Source: a virus (Duplodnaviria > Caudoviricetes). From it: 64,000 nucleotides of DNA. Where the stretch lies: positions 1 to 64,000 of IMG/VR virus record IMGVR_UViG_3300037067_009382. One strand, 5' to 3'. Positions 61,910 to 64,000 of this stretch are shown piece after piece. The translations under genes were made by a program, and so were the position numbers. The first letter of the stretch is position 1. Every line of letters begins with the position of its first letter. Under the pieces are notes generated by a model, which was not told the origin of the DNA, made no database searches, and saw nothing but the letters and a program-made list of their open reading frames with translations.

Positions 61910-64000
61910 CTACGAGGTTACGACGATACCTTTGATATCCTCGTTATCGATTGGAGTAGCTTTCCAACCCGCCTCGCGCAATTTAGCGGCCCTTCGACTT
62001 AAGTCGCCCTTTGTCTCACCCGAACCTGCTGCGACTACTGCAAAGTGTCCAGTCTCCTTTCCCTCGGCGTCATAAGTATGATAGGTTGAACCATATACGG
62101 TATAGCCCTTACTCGTAGAGCTATTTAGTTGGTCTGCCGCTTCCCTAGCTAAGGATTCGGCCTTATTCCGATCGAACGTCTTATGGCCCTGACCCTTTAA
62201 GTTTTCGAATACCTTCACCTTACCAGTCTCTTCAGGACTGAGTTTGCTTGGTTCTTCCGATCCACCACGTTCTTCGGGCTTGCCATAGGTCTCTTCAAAC
62301 TCTGACAAATCCTGTTCGGCGTTACGCTTCTCCTCAGGAGTTTTGGCACCATTTATTCGTGAGACTATACTTCGGCGCTCACCACGATAATTCTGATCAG
62401 TGAAGATAGGTCGTGAAGGCTCGTAAGGCTTTCGCTCAATACTAGCGGGTTTATCACCTTCGAAGCCTCCCGTACCCTTAAAGCCTCCCTGATTAGGGTT
62501 CAGTTTGATCTTTGCTTCACCCTCGGTTGCTTCTGGTTTTACAAATACGGTCTGAGTGAAGGTCTTTCCACCTCGGGTAACTGAAATCTTCTTCGGAACG
62601 AGACCCGCTTTGAACAATCCTTCTTGTGCACCCGAATCCTGCTTGATGACCTTCTCGTGAACCATTTCATCCTCAGCAAAGATTTGACCGTCAGCTCGGA
62701 GCACGTATCTATGACCCTTATGGACGATTGTTGCATCACCATCTTTGGTCAACTCGACAACCTTCGCATCATCGCCAAGGCGTCGTAGAATATTTCGTTG
62801 CTCGTCGGAATAGAGTTCCTGCTTTTGCAACCAGGCGATTCTCCGGGCCTGAGCAAAGTCTTCCTCAGTCAGGTCACCCTTCATTTTGCGAATCTCGCCT
62901 AGTTCGAATTTGAACGTCCTTACGTAGTTCTCGTCCTGCTTGAACATCTTATCCCACAGATCGTCGACTACTGAGTTGACCGCTTTCGCGACTTCCATCT
63001 CGTCGGCGGGTTCAATTATCTCGATCGGATGAACGGGTTCCTTTGCTTTTGAGCTCCTACCAGGATCTTGCGGTTGCAAGTTTGTAGGCTGAATCGGACT
63101 CATAATATCGCTCTTCTTGATTTTGGCAACGTCAAACTCCGTCGCTTCTTGCCCAGCGGGAGTCATCGTCATCGGATGAGGTGCGATCTTCAGTCTCGAT
63201 TTATCAGCAATCGCTGGGCGGGTTTTACTCGGAGGGACTGCCCCTCCCTCTCTCACGGTTTCGTTTGGTGCGTCACTCTTCATTATCTGGGAGAGTCTAA
63301 CTGAAGCACCACTGTTGTGATTGACACTCTTTTCGACACTCTTCAGTTTCGTATAGTAATCAGGAACTTCTCTCAAGTGGGCGTAAGCGATCTTCGCTGT
63401 CTCTTTCGGATCACCATGAGTGACATCCTTATGCTCAGTCTCGACCTTCATCCCCATCTTAAATTCGTCGAAGTTATATCGATTGAAGTTAATGCCGATT
63501 GACTGCCCAAGCTTGTACAGCTCGTCATCAGACATCTTTGCTAATTTCACTCCCGGATCGATCACTCCGAATTTAGTCGCTCCCGGAGGTTGGCTTGGAG
63601 TCTGGATTGTCCCATTAACTCTTACGCCATCAAAGGTAGCAACGTCAGGAGGTGCATTAGTCCCCTCCCTTGACGTATCGGGTTCGGCTGAAACACCCAC
63701 CTTCTCTTCAGGTTCCTGTTTCCTGAGGTGAAGGTTGTCGATCGCTTTATTGATAAGCGCTTCAGCATCGAGGGGCACGTCCTCCTTTCCAATAAACGAT
63801 CCTTCTTGCGCTGGCATCTTCATATGCCCTAACGCTGTTCGCTTTATCGGTTCGGCTGGTTCAATTCCTGGTGTCATTTGAGGTATGGGAACAAACGATG
63901 ATGGATCCTTTTTCTTAATGGATCGCCCACCAGTCCTCAGAACGAGTGATTTGATCAACGCAGCCTCTTCTGACTTCAGAACAAACAGTTCCGCTATCTC
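61910..64000 (-). CDS. Large head-associated protein, 5'-truncated by the window; DUF5661-like domain and shared tag
   Basis: Frame is open to the window edge (EIAELFVLKSEEAALIKS...); FKMGMKVETEH..TAKIAYAHLREVPDYYTKL; LFKAGLVPKKISVTRGGKTFTQTVFVKPE. Confidence 0.75.
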   Translation of the reverse strand, partial: EIAELFVLKSEEAALIKSLVLRTGGRSIKKKDPSSFVPIPQMTPGIEPAEPIKRTALGHMKMPAQEGSFIGKEDVPLDAEALINKAIDNLHLRKQEPEEKVGVSAEPDTSREGTNAPPDVATFDGVRVNGTIQTPSQPPGATKFGVIDPGVKLAKMSDDELYKLGQSIGINFNRYNFDEFKMGMKVETEHKDVTHGDPKETAKIAYAHLREVPDYYTKLKSVEKSVNHNSGASVRLSQIMKSDAPNETVREGGAVPPSKTRPAIADKSRLKIAPHPMTMTPAGQEATEFDVAKIKKSDIMSPIQPTNLQPQDPGRSSKAKEPVHPIEIIEPADEMEVAKAVNSVVDDLWDKMFKQDENYVRTFKFELGEIRKMKGDLTEEDFAQARRIAWLQKQELYSDEQRNILRRLGDDAKVVELTKDGDATIVHKGHRYVLRADGQIFAEDEMVHEKVIKQDSGAQEGLFKAGLVPKKISVTRGGKTFTQTVFVKPEATEGEAKIKLNPNQGGFKGTGGFEGDKPASIERKPYEPSRPIFTDQNYRGERRSIVSRINGAKTPEEKRNAEQDLSEFEETYGKPEERGGSEEPSKLSPEETGKVKVFENLKGQGHKTFDRNKAESLAREAADQLNSSTSKGYTVYGSTYHTYDAEGKETGHFAVVAAGSGETKGDLSRRAAKLREAGWKATPIDNEDIKGIVVTS

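Noticed and set aside
682-63731. Numerous plus-strand ORFs in the track
   Set aside because: All overlap motif-supported minus-strand genes, lack RBSs and recognisable domains, and read as antisense shadows.
1-64000. tRNA genes, integrase/att sites, terminase and portal
   Set aside because: None recognisable by eye. Intergenic gaps are too small for tRNAs apart from 1-640, and packaging genes probably lie beyond 64000.

Overview
This 64-kb window is a contiguous part of a large tailed dsDNA bacteriophage genome, probably a siphovirus. Evidence: HK97-type prohead protease and major capsid protein, tail tube, G/GT tail chaperones with a -1 frameshift, tape measure, Dit and Tal proteins, and no sheath. 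All credible genes are on the minus strand with AGGAG-type ribosome binding sites; plus-strand ORFs are shadows. In transcription order (high to low coordinates) it carries: head module and large multi-domain head-associated proteins (64.0-53.4 kb); decoration, neck and tail genes with a duplicated tail-tip cassette (53.4-34.4 kb); and a replication and nucleotide module (34.4-4.3 kb). That module holds a UvsW-like helicase, DnaB-like helicase, primase, sigma factor, UDG-PolA fusion, class II RNR, UvsY/gp32/RecA/Mre11/Rad50, ThyX, dUTPase, kinase and HPRT. It also holds a complete 7-deazaguanine DNA-modification set (FolE, QueD, QueE, Gat-QueC, DpdA-like). Small early-type genes and a gene-free, structured 640-bp end follow. 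No terminase, portal, integrase, tRNA or CRISPR is recognisable in the window. Most notable observations: (1) three head-associated proteins are punctuated by hydrophobic-x-K-[A/S] sites, likely for the prohead protease, and share a ~25-aa tag, and one carries HiPIP-like, NUDIX and GNAT domains; (2) the deazaguanine pathway is accompanied by HPRT, a kinase and RNR, and the DNA polymerase lacks the catalytic motif-C Asp; (3) a multiplied Dit and fibre tail tip; (4) a C-x11-C-x2-C-x5-C module recurs in three unrelated proteins. All family calls come from motif recognition by eye, not database searches.
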